DNA of 64,000 bases from Polymyxa betae A26-41 (lineage: Eukaryota; Protista; Endomyxa: Phytomyxea). The translations under genes and the position numbers were made by a program. The notes under the pieces were generated by a model, which was not told the DNA's origin, did no database searches, and was given only the letters and a program-made list of their open reading frames with translations. Below are positions 52,293-64,000 of this stretch, one piece after another. The stretch's first letter is position 1. Each line of letters begins with the position of its first letter. Where the stretch lies: positions 88,109 through 152,108 of the forward strand of contig RBZT01000527.1 in assembly GCA_003693705.1 (NCBI GenBank). The letters are read 5' to 3'.

Positions 52293-52776
52293 TTATGCAT
52301 ACTAGACTATGTTTTTTGTCTAGATTCCCATCATTCTATGTCATAGAATCCTTTCGGAAATACAATACGTTTTCGTTTTCTGATATCTTGAGTATCTGAC
52401 TTTCAGTGCCGATTATAGCAGTTGTAGGTCTCACGAAGTACAAACAGCCTTGCAGCGACAACAATATCTACATACACTGGTTAACGCTGAGCTTTATTCA
52501 AGTTGCCTAGGATCGTTCATCAGCAGAGCTACTGAATAGCTTCAGATTCAGACAATTTGTAACAATGTCATCATGCCCCAGACTGGTTTGCATATTACTT
52601 ACTGGTAGGTATGCCTACTTCGAAAATGTGATTGTCGGTGTAAGGAAGTTTGGGATCTGTTTGAATATGTGCGCGATAATAGCGTGACCCACATGTCGAG
52701 ATGTTTAGATCAAAAGAGATATGATATGGTTGTAGTGCAGAGTTATCAACTATCTATCATATCTACTAATGATTCA

Positions 52777-54657
52777 ATGTCGTCTAAGACATTATCCCAT
52801 AGGAGACCTGAACGCCTCCGTATCAAGTTCCCATCAGCCCGTCAGGTTTTAACCAGCTTTTTCTATTCCGTCTTTCGTCGTATATTTACCATTACTATTC
52901 AGTTGTCCAGGAAATTCATATCCTTTGAAATTCCTACAGAATGGCGATCTGATTCTGACGTAGAAATTCAAAAAGTTTCTGCTGATAGTGATGAGCTCGA
53001 ATTCGCCCTATCGAGCAGTGTCTGCCCTACGATATCTCAAAACGATATTGCTGCTGCTTCCGGATCATGTTCAGTTTCTGAAACTTCTTCATTGCTGGCG
53101 CGGCTAAGGGTGCGCTCATCTAAATGGGATCGATTGTTATCAGGCTCCCAGCAAAAACGAATATCTCAAACCCCTGCCGAGATTCCTGGTGGGATCCGTC
53201 AGAAAAGATTATCCCATCGAAAACAGCAATCAGCTCGCATCGGTAGTTCTGAAGCAGTGCGCTATGATGGTCCTAAATTCAAATATATCGATAAAAGTAA
53301 GCTGATGGACATCCTTGAAGCTTTGTTGCAGCCGATAACAAGTTTGTGCTTGTATAGATGTTTATGTGAAAGTACCTGTTCCTACTGTAAATTCGGATGA
53401 AGACCTGCCTCATTGCGATTGTTTTTTCAATAGAAAAGATTGCAGTGATGATGAATGCATTAATCGTATGCTAATGGTCTGCTGTCCTCCATCGTGTCCT
53501 GCTGCACCTAAATGCAAGAATATGTTTCCCATTGAAGATGGGCCTATCGAACAGTTTAAAACAAAGAACCGGGGATGGGGTCTCAGAGCCAAGAAACCGA
53601 TTGCTGCCAATCAATATATCACTGAATATCGTGGCGAGATTATTAATTCGGCTGAATGTGAGAGACGAGGAAGAGTTAATCTGCAAAAAGGCGTCTGGGA
53701 CACGTATTTGCTTGGTCTCGAGTCTGACCTTTATATTGATGCAAGACATATGTCGGGATTGGGACGATTTCTCAACCATTCCTGTGAACCAAATACAATC
53801 GCTCAGAAATGGCAAGATGGTCCTCATCTACGTATAGCCGTTTTCGCTAAAAGAAACATCAAGAAAAGCGAAGAAATCACTCTAGATTGTAAGCAATCGC
53901 CAACGTTGTTATGATTTTTTATTGTATTTTTAGATTCGTTTAGCGATCCAAGAAATCAGTTCAGACATCCATGGTGAGAGTTATTTAGTGCCCATCTCTT
54001 GAAATGTTAAGATGTTATTTCTAGTTTGTGTGAGTCGGAGAACTGTCGAGGCTACATCGACTCTGATAAACCTATTGATTGGAAGGCTGAAGAAAATCGC
54101 CGGGTATACCAAAAATTGTATTCTGAATTGCAATGGTTTTATCTGTTTGCCAGGCTCTATCGTATGACTATTGTTTCGAATGTGGCGAAGGAGGAGATCT
54201 ATTAAAATGCGGTTTCAACCATCATGATTTTGTTTGTTACAGAGCATTTCATGCTCGGTGCATCGGCCTACCTAAACGACCACCTCAAGGAACCTGGTTT
54301 ATGTGCCCAAGTCATACATGTGATGTTTGTAAGAAGGTTTCACCTCAAGTTCAATGTCTAAGCTGTGTCTCAACCTGGTGTCAACGTCATTCTCCATTTC
54401 CAATTGAATACCCGACGAATGGCGACTCGAAGACGCATCAGTCCCAGATTATTTATCGTTTGTGCCCTCGATGTGTTATTGACGGTTCGCATTCTCATCT
54501 CTCATCCTCAATATGTCTTCCGCTGCTCAAGAACTTGCCTCAATCAAGAACAGCAGACAGCCTGTCTTCATCTGCAACCGGAGGATGCCAAGCGTTTAGT
54601 CGTAACTTGCTGGACCAGATCGCGATCATGGATAATGATGTAGACTTGGGTAAATGA
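52777..54657 (+). CDS. NSD/ASHR3-like histone lysine methyltransferase (AWS-SET-postSET-PHD)
   Basis: AWS CDC..C.DDECINR, RGWGL, EYRGEII, RFLNHSCEPN, EEITLD, post-SET CLCESENCRGYI, PHD CFECGEGGDLLKC..AFHARC..WFMCPSHTCDVC; start uncertain. Confidence 0.85.
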
Positions 54658-54752
54658 AATACATTTAAGTATTGCTTATAACTCGGTAGATGTTGATATA
54701 TTCATATCTGGGTACTCTCTCTTGATCATACATTCGAGTAACCCATGACCTG

Positions 54753-56644
54753 ATGGGGCCCTTATCTGCAACATTTAAGCGTTTGCATCAAGCACTGCAC
54801 TGTCAGCAAAAGGCGCTTGCTGCATTACGCCTAACTCCATTAAGAACCCTTCTTAACAATGTCAATTTAGACTCCTTGAGTAGTAAAGCTACTGGTGTAT
54901 ATCTAGAGCCAGGACAAATATTCTTTGATTGCGGAGATGAAGGCGATTTTCTGGCTGTTATCAGTAAAGGCATCATGAAATATGAAAATAGCCCTTTCGA
55001 AAGAACAGCTGGCGATTTTATCTATGATCTCGATGATAATGGGCGAAGAACTCGAAAGATAATCTCATCAACACGAGTTCGTTTGTTTATCTGGAAAATA
55101 TTCGACCTGGATAAGAAGCAACTATCAGAAATCATGCCTCTAGTTTCGCAGACTTCAATCCAAAGTTCGTTGACCAAATCGACTCTATTTGCTGGCTTAT
55201 CTCCAAACCAAACTGATCTATTATGCGACATGGTGCATTGGCGGGGTGCAGATATTAACGAAATCGTTATCAAGGAAGGCAATCAAGGCCAATCTCTTTT
55301 CATTGTTGATCAAGGATCACTGAAATGCTACACTGGAAGTAAGTGAATAGTAATTATCATTCGTAGGTACGTTTGGTCTGAGCCAACTCTCTAGGTGCAA
55401 CAGAGCTTGAGATTCAGATCAATCTGGGAAATATTGGTCCTGGAGATTATATTGGTGAAATAGCATTGCTAATCGGTATACCTCGTACTGCTTCCGCTGT
55501 TGCTATCCAGCCCACGTCCTTAATTGAAATTCGGGCAACTGATTTTGCTCATCTGGTGCAACTCAATGCACAGATCGGAGAACAAATCCGCAACCGAATC
55601 CATATTCGTCTGATCATGCAATTTCGTCGTTATCGTGTATGCTGTTGTGTTTGTGTCTTCTGGGGCATCTAATAACCTTTTGTCATAGTGTCCATTCTTT
55701 GAATCGCTAACTGATGAACAAGTTCATGATCTGGGTCCTCGTTCAAATCTAACATTTGTACCTGCAGATACTGTTCTATTTCGAGTTGGGGATCCAGGCG
55801 ATCTGTTCTATATGATTGCATTTGGTCAAGTCCAATTGCAATTATACAATAATGATATGACAATCAGTACCGAGACATTACTAAGCGCTGGATCATACTT
55901 TGGAGAATTGGCATTACGTCATGATACTCCTCGTTATGGATCTGCAAAGACGTTAAGCCCGTCATTATTCTTAACATTATCCAGAGCACAGTTTTCACAT
56001 CTATTCAAAGGACAACAGATGCCGATATTCGCTGCTTTACCTTCTTCTGTTGATGACCTAATTATTGTATGGAGGTTGATGCAAACCGAATCAGGTCGTC
56101 AGGCTATAGCTTTATTCGGCCAAAACCGAATCGCTCCGGTTGGTGTCCAACAAGTCATGGATAGTTCCGAAATCTTAATATTTCACAGGATATGATGGCA
56201 TTCTGGTTGGAATGTGAAACATTTCGGAAATCATCTCGGAATGTAAATCATGATGAGCTCGTGAAGTCAGCCAAGGATATCGTATTGGCATATCTATCCG
56301 AAAATGCAGCCAAGAATGTTGGCCTTCCGAAAATAGTTCGGGGGCAGCTACTTCAACAAATAGATCAGAAGGTTAGTTATCGCTGCCATGCGCAGCTCTA
56401 TTTGAATTTGTACTATTTCTAGGAGCAAGCTATCGATGGCAATATCTTCAACATGGCCAGATTCGCTATTGGACGAATTATAACTAGCGAGGTGTTCCCA
56501 TATTTGAAATGTTCTGATTTCTATAAGCAGTGTATCAGTACTGATCTGGCATCTCCTCGTTCATCTGGACATTTTGATCAAATACGGCTAGCTCAAGTTC
56601 CTAAAGCTTTTAATCTTGAGGCAATGTCATCAACAGCACCATGA
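54753..56644 (+). CDS. Tandem cyclic-nucleotide-binding domains + C-terminal RGS domain, multi-exon
   Basis: Phosphate-binding cassettes YIGEIALLIGIPRTAS and YFGELALRHDTPRYGS; RGS-like FWLECETFRK..AKDIVLAYLSENAAKNVGL..IFNMA..FPYLKCSDFY. Confidence 0.8.
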
Positions 56645-56898
56645 CCTCGGACATAGACGTCAGGATAGACGTGGTTTGCACCATGCTGGTCGTGACGAAT
56701 ACGTAAATACAATAATGATTCAGCAAAGACTTCGTGTCCCAGACATTCAGAAGAAGACATGGAGAATGTTGTTGTAATTGAATAAGCATGAAAGGAGTAG
56801 ATGTGCACAGTAGGAACATATAACATATAGAGAGTAACATGATATTCAGGGGATTGCTTAATACATACAGGTATAGCGGGGCTCCTCCCACATATACA

Positions 56899-57073
56899 CC
56901 CCCCCCCCCCTCCTTTCTTTAGTCAATGAGATGCAATGTACATCGTTACAGAGGCAGAGACACAGCCAGAGGCAGATACAGAGAGAGGGAGAGAGACAGC
57001 AGATAGAGACACACAATACATAATAAGAGACCAGTTGTTAGCCGACATCATTAGCCATATATATATATATATA
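56899..57073. repeat. Low-complexity intergenic tract: poly-C, (AG)-rich and (AT)n
   Basis: C12 run, acagagaggga-type purine tract, atatatatatatat. Confidence 0.8.
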
Positions 57074-57096
57074 TCAGGTAGAATAATAACGACATT

Positions 57097-58885
57097 ATGA
57101 TCAAGAGGCGTAGACTTCAACCTCCTGTACATAATCAATGTTTCTTATCTGCTCTCTGTCTTGAGCTTGTGTTGAAATTTATCGGTCCATGGGAATGCCA
57201 CCATTTGTTGACGGTCTCCCGATCTTGGCAGCGAATTGTTCGCCGCTGGATTGGGAAACAGTTCAGTTTCGTTGACTCTACTAATTTATTACGACCTGCC
57301 GTCCGATTATTAAGCAGAATGCATAACCAAGATCTGCATGCGATTATGGCAAGTGATGGACGTCATATCCTAGCTACACGGGGTACACAAGGACAAATAT
57401 TTCAATGTAATCAGCAGAGTCCATCTTCCTGGGCAACTGCCCATTCTATTGAAAATGGTGCAGCTGAATTTTTGGCTGCTGGTCGCCTTTTTCTATTACA
57501 AAAAGCAGCAGCAGAGAGATCCAAAGAAGTTTTTTTTACCAACGATTGGGATAGGAAGCCCCTTGCAATCGCACCACAATTTCTTAACGTGCAGCCGATA
57601 GGTGTTGATGATACCGCTAAAGCAATGGTATAGATCTCTATACATGGGTTGGAAAATCAAAGGTTTAACTTGCTTACAGATTGCTCAGTATACACCCCAT
57701 TCTAACAGCGTTCATTGCGAGATGAGAATCATCAAAGTCGATCTGCTGTCTGGAGCTACAACTGATGTTTGGAACATATCATTCCAGTTATGATGCCAAC
57801 TTATTTGTTCTCTTAGACTGAGATTCGTCTGTATTCGGGTCGAAGGTTTCTTTTAGAGCGGGTGGTGGTTAGAGGAGATGTGCCCGCATCAAGAATAGCG
57901 ATAGTTCAGGTTCCTGAAGGAGCTGATGAACCCATCTTGTACAAAAGCCCAATTTATGTCACTAACGAATTCACTATCAAAGACGCGATGGCTCTGACTT
58001 TCTCTGAGCTGGCTCATTTAGTGTCTCCTTGTGGCCGATGGCTTAGCTGCGGCTGTTGGCTGACAAATCCAACATTTGGTGTAACTGATGCCTGGTTTAC
58101 TGCCTCCATATTCAACTTGGAAAACTCCACCAATTCGGTGGCAAAGAGAATCAATTTCTCAGATTGTGATTCAAACTCGATCGTTAGCAGCTTTAGCGCG
58201 GATGGGGATTATTTATTGCTTGGATGGAGGAAAAGGCGGTCTAATGTTCCCTGGGAATCAATGGTAAATAGCCTCCTAAGAGCATTGCTTATGTTGCTGA
58301 ACACTTTGAATAGGATATCTTTGATGTTAAGAAACTTTTTATGCAAGCCAGGAAATCATGCAGTTCGGTCAAGCCAGTTTGCCGATTCACAAGGGATTTA
58401 TGCCTGAGTGGAGATCCAAGCACACGTTTAGCTGTGACTTGGTCTGGACATTACATCCTAATGGCCGAGGTCTCCGGTATCTCTATCCTGGATCCACATC
58501 AGAATGGTTCTTTGCTGGCAGTTATCCGCTCTTCAGATTTAGCACGGTCTCTTCCAGGAGCCCGGTACTCCAGAATTCTCAACATATTCTGTAATGGTCA
58601 AGTTGCTCTATACTGGGTACCAACGAATCGGTGAGCGAAAGGTTATCTCTTGCTATTAGGCCTGAAGAATGTTGTAGGTCTCGAACAACTGGTTCATTAC
58701 TTCTTTGTGAATTGCTTACATGCAAAACGCTTTTAACAGTTTTAACCAGAGTACCGTTCTGTGAAAGCTTGGGCGAGTCCGTATTTGTTTCCGACGACTG
58801 CAGAACAGTTTCTGTCAAATGCCAAGATAACAGCATTAGAATATTTGATTGCTATTCAGTCAATGAGCAGACGGTATATGTCTAA
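57097..58885 (+). CDS. F-box-like protein with beta-propeller-like C-terminus, multi-exon
   Basis: KRRRL then LSALCLELVLKFIGPWECHHLLTVSRSWQRIV; blade-like VSPCGRWL, FSADGDYLLLG, VSDDCRTV..DNSIRIFD. Confidence 0.6.
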
Positions 58886-59026
58886 TATTGTAAATAGTCT
58901 CTGTGAATGGGATTTAATATTTAAACTATGACGCTGTATGTAAAGAACTGTTGAAGAGATTGCTGTATTGGATAGATAACACTTGAAAAATAACGGTCAC
59001 GAATCTCAGCATAGACGACGAGGAAG

Positions 59027-61249
59027 CTAAGCTTGACGAAGAAGAGAAACGGCGTGTGGTAGAACTTGAACGATCGAGTTCAGATTTTGAACACAGCCTT
59101 TGACACTTCCAACCAGGTTAATGACCAACCTAGTCACAAAAATTGAATTAGTATGACAAAGCGCTACAAGAGAGAACTGAAAACACACGTTTTATGGCGA
59201 ACTCCTGCCTGAGCTCGAGATAATAGAGCATAAGGAGTATATTGGCGACCATCGGCAAGCATAGCCCAAACACTAATGCATCAGATTAGAATGTGAAAAT
59301 CTGAAGAGCAAAGTGACGGTACAGTGATGGAATTGTCTTATCCAAAATAGTGGCTGTGACATCTGGAGTAATATCACGATTAGAAAGACCTGTCCCTCCA
59401 ATTGTGAATACCACATCGCATTCACTTTTGTCCTGATCAGAACCACATTGATATTAACGTCATTACCAATATGATTAGTACATACCGTCCAGCTTATAAT
59501 TTCATTACGAATCATATCCCAGTTATCAGGGATTACAACTGTCTCTGTTACTTCTATTCCATGATCAGATAGGAATTTGGCAGCAGCAGGACCCGATTCA
59601 TCTTGATACTCTCCGCGGAATGCTCGATCGCTACAAACCAGAAGGCAAGCCTTCAGATTCCCAAGAGAATCTTTTTTAAAATGATCGGCAGAGGCAGTTG
59701 CCTTACAACGATGAGGGTTTCCTTGATTATGATGTTGAACTTGACGAGGTATAAAGTGATCAAGTGGTCCGATCAAAGTGACAGGAAGAAGTTGCCCATC
59801 TCGAATGGACTCTTCTTGTACTGGAATGTGAATAATTCCATTCGATTGTTGAGCAGTTAATAATCTGCTACTGCCAGAACAATGTGTTGATTGAATGGTT
59901 GGTATAGCCATCAAACCATTACATTCATGGTCCCAATATATCCAAGCGAATTGATAAACTGGACGAATAGGATCACATGGATATGTCCCCTTGATCTTGC
60001 ACATTACATTGGTATGAAGATTACCATCTACCGATAATTGGTTTGATAGGAGTCTAAAATTGCAATGTTATTTGTCTATACTTTGTTCTTTACCTAACCT
60101 CTTTGTTTACCTGAGAGCTGGCTTAACAAACAGATGGAAATTGCATAAAGCGCTGAGTGGATTTCCAGGAAGGGCGAAAATGAAACAATTTCCAAACTGA
60201 ATACAAAGCATTTTAAGACAGGAATATAATGAGCATATCATAGATACCTGAGCAAATATGGTGGGCTTGCCAGGCTTCATTTCAACCTGTTGGAAATGAA
60301 CAACAGCATTCGTGATCAAATATTGTTTAATAAGATCATGAGATCCCATTGATATTCCTCCACTTGATACAATCACATCCAACTCTTCTGCAGCTTTTCC
60401 CAATCTTTCAGCAATTGAATCATCAGCACCTGGATCGAATCAGAAACATACAGCAATTATCAAGATTCATGAAAGTACCTTCAAGCTGATCACGAATAAT
60501 TCCAAGATCAATCACATCAATTGGTTCATTAAGTTGTTGAAGACATGCAATAATCATTGGACGGTTACTATCTCGAACATATCCTCTATCTGAAATAGTT
60601 TTTAGATAAATCGCCTATTAGATAAATAATAATGAAAGATACCAGAAAGTGGTTGGTTGATATCAATAAGTTCATCACCAGATGAACATATCCCAATACG
60701 AATATGACGATATACATAGACATAATCGATACCCAATGATATCAATAATGCTAAATCTGTAGCTTCAATCTTCTTCTTAGCTGTTAGAACTTGTTGCCCT
60801 GTGCTAACATCTTGTCCAATCTGTCTGATAAATTGTCCAGAAGTTATATCTCTATCAATCTTGATATAATTATTTGGTAGTGATGAAGTCCATTCAATAG
60901 GTATAACAGCATCTGTTCCTGCAGGTACTATAGATCCAGTTGTTACATAAGCAGCTTCTCCTGAATATAAACTCGAACATTGTTCACCAGATCCTGCACG
61001 TAGTATCGCTACAATCTTAAATGTATTGTCTGGGTTGGATGGAAGATGTAGAGCATATCCATCCATAGTTGAGGTAGGAGCTGCTGGTAGATTGCATGGA
61101 CTAATAACAGCTTTACTTAGATATGAATTCAATAATAGATTAGAGACCATCACTTTGATCTGGTCTAGACCTGATCTACTTCTAATTGCATTCTTGATTG
61201 TATCACAAGCTATATCAACCCTAACATATTGCAATGTTGACATTATCAT
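59027..61249 (-). CDS. CNX1: Molybdenum cofactor insertase Cnx1/gephyrin (MoeA domain N-terminal, MogA domain C-terminal), multi-exon
   Basis: MoeA: STMDGYAL, VTTGSIVPAGTDAVIPIE, SSGDEL, SSGGISMG, MKPGKPT, LPGNP; MogA: VCSDRAFRG..DESGP, GGTGLSNRDITPD. Confidence 0.93.
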
Positions 61250-61565
61250 GCAAATGATAATGTAATAGTGGAGAGATACACAGACAATGTGTGAGAGGTA
61301 ATAATGACTTGATTATGTATTACATTGTGTTATTGTCTGACCATACCGCAACAATCTACAGGTAATTCATTCACATCCCCTCCTAGAAAATAATGTTACA
61401 TTGGTGGTCACTATGTATTGTATCATCACATAACCCTATATCTTATCACCATATATGTTTGGGAAATAAATTCATACTCAATATTATACAGCACTTTTAT
61501 ATGATGCAGATAATGAGGGTGAATACCTATGCATATCAATACATATACAGTACCAGTAATTATCA

Positions 61566-62331
61566 ATGGAAAACACCTCCAGATACATTCGTGAACGCGT
61601 CCAGAAACCAAGTTTGCCAAGTTCCAGTATTTATAAAACTGTTAAATTTTTTAACGAGCTGCGGCAGATGTATCTTCAACCAAATAGAATCATATTCAGG
61701 CCATTGCCATGTTCCATGTTGTACCCGTTCCATTCAAAAATAAGTTGTCGTGTCTGGTCGCTTGCCATCACCCATATCGACCCTAAATCAATCGAGAACA
61801 TGGTTCAGATGTGGGAGGGCGCGTCTGCGATTCGTACGTACTGTAGTTGAATTGGTCGTAATGACTCTATAATCATAATGCAGGATGTGAATAACGAGAC
61901 TTACCTGTCGACCTTCCAGAAACTCGACCCAATTATTGTGTTATTGGTGCATGTTACCCAACGTCCAGAATGGGGACGAGCTGGCCCTCAACTACCACCG
62001 TATCATGGAGCTGGAGGCACAACAGTAAACACCAATGCACAATCAATGAGAATTGGAGTCTAATAGTATGCAGGGTTATGTGGTGAATCAGGTGCAGATA
62101 GAGAACATCCAAGTCACTCCTAATGGCTATACTCTGGAATATACTGCACTGGGCATTAATGATCACATATCAAAGAGGATGTTGGGCATGGTCGAATATG
62201 CTGAGTCCGTCCTGTATGAGAAGGTGGTTGATCTGCCTAATCCTGGCTGTGGAGAACGTACTCTAAATACTCAATCGGAACCTATACAAAGGCGAGGTCG
62301 GCTCGCTCGCATTACCCGAATTAAAAGATAA
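61566..62331 (+). CDS. Hypothetical multi-exon gene or pseudogene
   Basis: Three collinear plus-strand ORFs joinable by GT-AG introns; no recognised domain; 3' end unclear. Confidence 0.3.
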
Positions 62332-62815
62332 TACAACTGGTGATGTGGAGGACTCGGGTGACATCAACATATATTGGTGAGTGGTTATGTTATTTGTATT
62401 ATAACGATATAGGATGACCATCATGATGGATATAAACCTGTATTATCATTATTGATGAAATGTGAAACAACCTATTGTATGATGAGTGTCATGCTGTCAG
62501 TAAACATCATGAGTTCATATCAGAGTTGATCAAATGGGTCCGAGGACAGACACGAGAACCTGAAATACTTTAACACATACAAGAGCCTCGACAGGCAACG
62601 ACGCTCTTTTCTATGAGAATCGCCTTGACACAAACCAGTCATGAGGTTCCTGACGTAATGGGAATTAATAGTCAATGCAGGAGGGCATTGCAATGAGAAT
62701 GTACCAGAGAGAGTCGTTCAGCCAAGTCCGCCAATTCCCATCCAGGTTACAGAGTAGTCTGATTCCCCTAATTTCATGACCCTTTCATCTGGGATATTGT
62801 TGTGATATCATCATC

Positions 62816-63805
62816 ATGTATATCCTGATTATAGCCTTAATGTTAATGACATCATCAGCCATAAACCCTGAGCATACAGGATCCAGCTCTGAGTATGGCC
62901 CAGACTTGAAGCGTGTCCGTCTAAATCCTAAAGAGATCATACAGGATTCATCTCCTAATCAGATCCTGGACGCTGTCGTCCGTCACGCCCAGCTGGAGCC
63001 GGTAGTAACCGCAACTATCGCTCTGGTCGACAAAGCCCATTTCAAATTGGTCCAGGACGAGCTCCGAGAGGCCCAGATCATGCACCGGATCATTTTCCAG
63101 ATACCAAAGTCCCGAGACAAGTTCATTCGCGATGTCAAATTGCTGGTTTCAGTATGCAAGGAGCGACCACGTAATGTGGCGCTTCTGAACAATTTCCTGA
63201 CTGAAGAGATGGCGTCACTATTCATGTATCGTCTATTGTTAATTGTTGATGATGAGCTCGGACTGATTGTAGATCTATTCGGTGTAATCGGGCAGATTCA
63301 ATCAGTGGTTGATTTAACACCAGGATGGATCGTTATCGTCTTGATTAATTATTTCAACACCTTTAAAGCGGATGACCCTATAAAGTTGATGGTCATAGAG
63401 CTACTAGGCATGATATCGGGTATGGACTGCTACCACGATTCCATCGATGACATTCCCACCAATATCCTCAATACAGTCCGGCATTATGCAGATCAGAATC
63501 TGGAAGATCGCATTCCAATCCGTGATATGGAGTTGCTACCAGATCCATTCTCACGTATTAACTCTCGATTATTTTGGAAAGTTGGTGAAATTATATCCCG
63601 TGATCATGATCACCTTATTCGATTATGGCCAACTCTCGCTCGCAAACTGTTCTTCCTCGGGACGCCAATTGATCTGTCCGAGATGGAGATCGCGGTGTTC
63701 ACAGCTTCCGAGCTGCAAGCCCTTCTGCCATTCGCCCTCTATGTTGACTTAGCGTTAGGAGCACAGATCCAAGATCTTGTATCAGATTTATTAAAAATTA
63801 CATAA
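62816..63805 (+). CDS. Secreted effector-like orphan (signal peptide + NLS-like motif), intronless
   Basis: MYILIIALMLMTSSA signal-like peptide; PDLKRVRL; helical-looking 329-aa ORF. Confidence 0.7.
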   Translation: MYILIIALMLMTSSAINPEHTGSSSEYGPDLKRVRLNPKEIIQDSSPNQILDAVVRHAQLEPVVTATIALVDKAHFKLVQDELREAQIMHRIIFQIPKSRDKFIRDVKLLVSVCKERPRNVALLNNFLTEEMASLFMYRLLLIVDDELGLIVDLFGVIGQIQSVVDLTPGWIVIVLINYFNTFKADDPIKLMVIELLGMISGMDCYHDSIDDIPTNILNTVRHYADQNLEDRIPIRDMELLPDPFSRINSRLFWKVGEIISRDHDHLIRLWPTLARKLFFLGTPIDLSEMEIAVFTASELQALLPFALYVDLALGAQIQDLVSDLLKIT

Positions 63806-64000
63806 AACTTCTGATTTTCCCAAAAATAGCGTACGCAGTTTGATGGAACTGCGTCCGCAATAAGACTCGAAGACTGACGCATAAATCTGATGCGTACTAA
63901 AGATGCGAACATTGATGAAGTATGAAGACCTACTCTAATAATATTGGGCTCGACTCCCAGAGGTCCGTACGGACACCGTACGGACTGAGCTGAATGAAGC

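Noticed and set aside
52918-52938. ATATCCTT resembling a U12 AT-AC donor in the SET gene
   Set aside because: Lies in an open frame, the nearest AC gives only about 20 nt, and no U12 branch site follows

Overview
Gene-dense eukaryotic nuclear DNA (about 43% GC by eye) with short spliceosomal GT-AG introns (mostly 40-60 nt) and short intergenic spacers. It is not prokaryotic, so the ORF track mostly shows exon fragments, which I joined by hand. About 35 protein-coding loci are recognisable: polyprenol reductase, dynein-2 light intermediate chain, two DGAT2s, HACD, IWS1, MCMBP, DDB1, NDUFS6, KIFBP, P5C reductase, CDK7, SNF7, OXA1/COX18, a CKK protein, IES6, a PAP2 phosphatase, RPT5, an NSD-like SET protein and Cnx1/gephyrin, among others. 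Flagellar genes, the compact architecture and effector-like orphans suggest a zoosporic protist, possibly a plasmodiophorid (inference only). Most notable: (1) an intronless secreted expansin-like gene broken by two separate exact 7-bp tandem duplications, whose removal restores a 224-aa protein; (2) unusual fusions (DEK-C/HMG-box/IWS1; tandem cNMP-binding/RGS; R3H/2H-phosphoesterase; CAP-Gly/RCC1); (3) a DUF639-like 'plant' protein; (4) three F-box-like proteins, one apparently secreted with an NLS; (5) two PIF/Harbinger-type MITE-like elements next to genes; (6) a small spliced gene largely missed by the ORF track whose stop codon overlaps its convergent neighbour's. No tRNA, rRNA, CRISPR array or intact transposase was seen. 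Family assignments come from motif recognition, not database searches.
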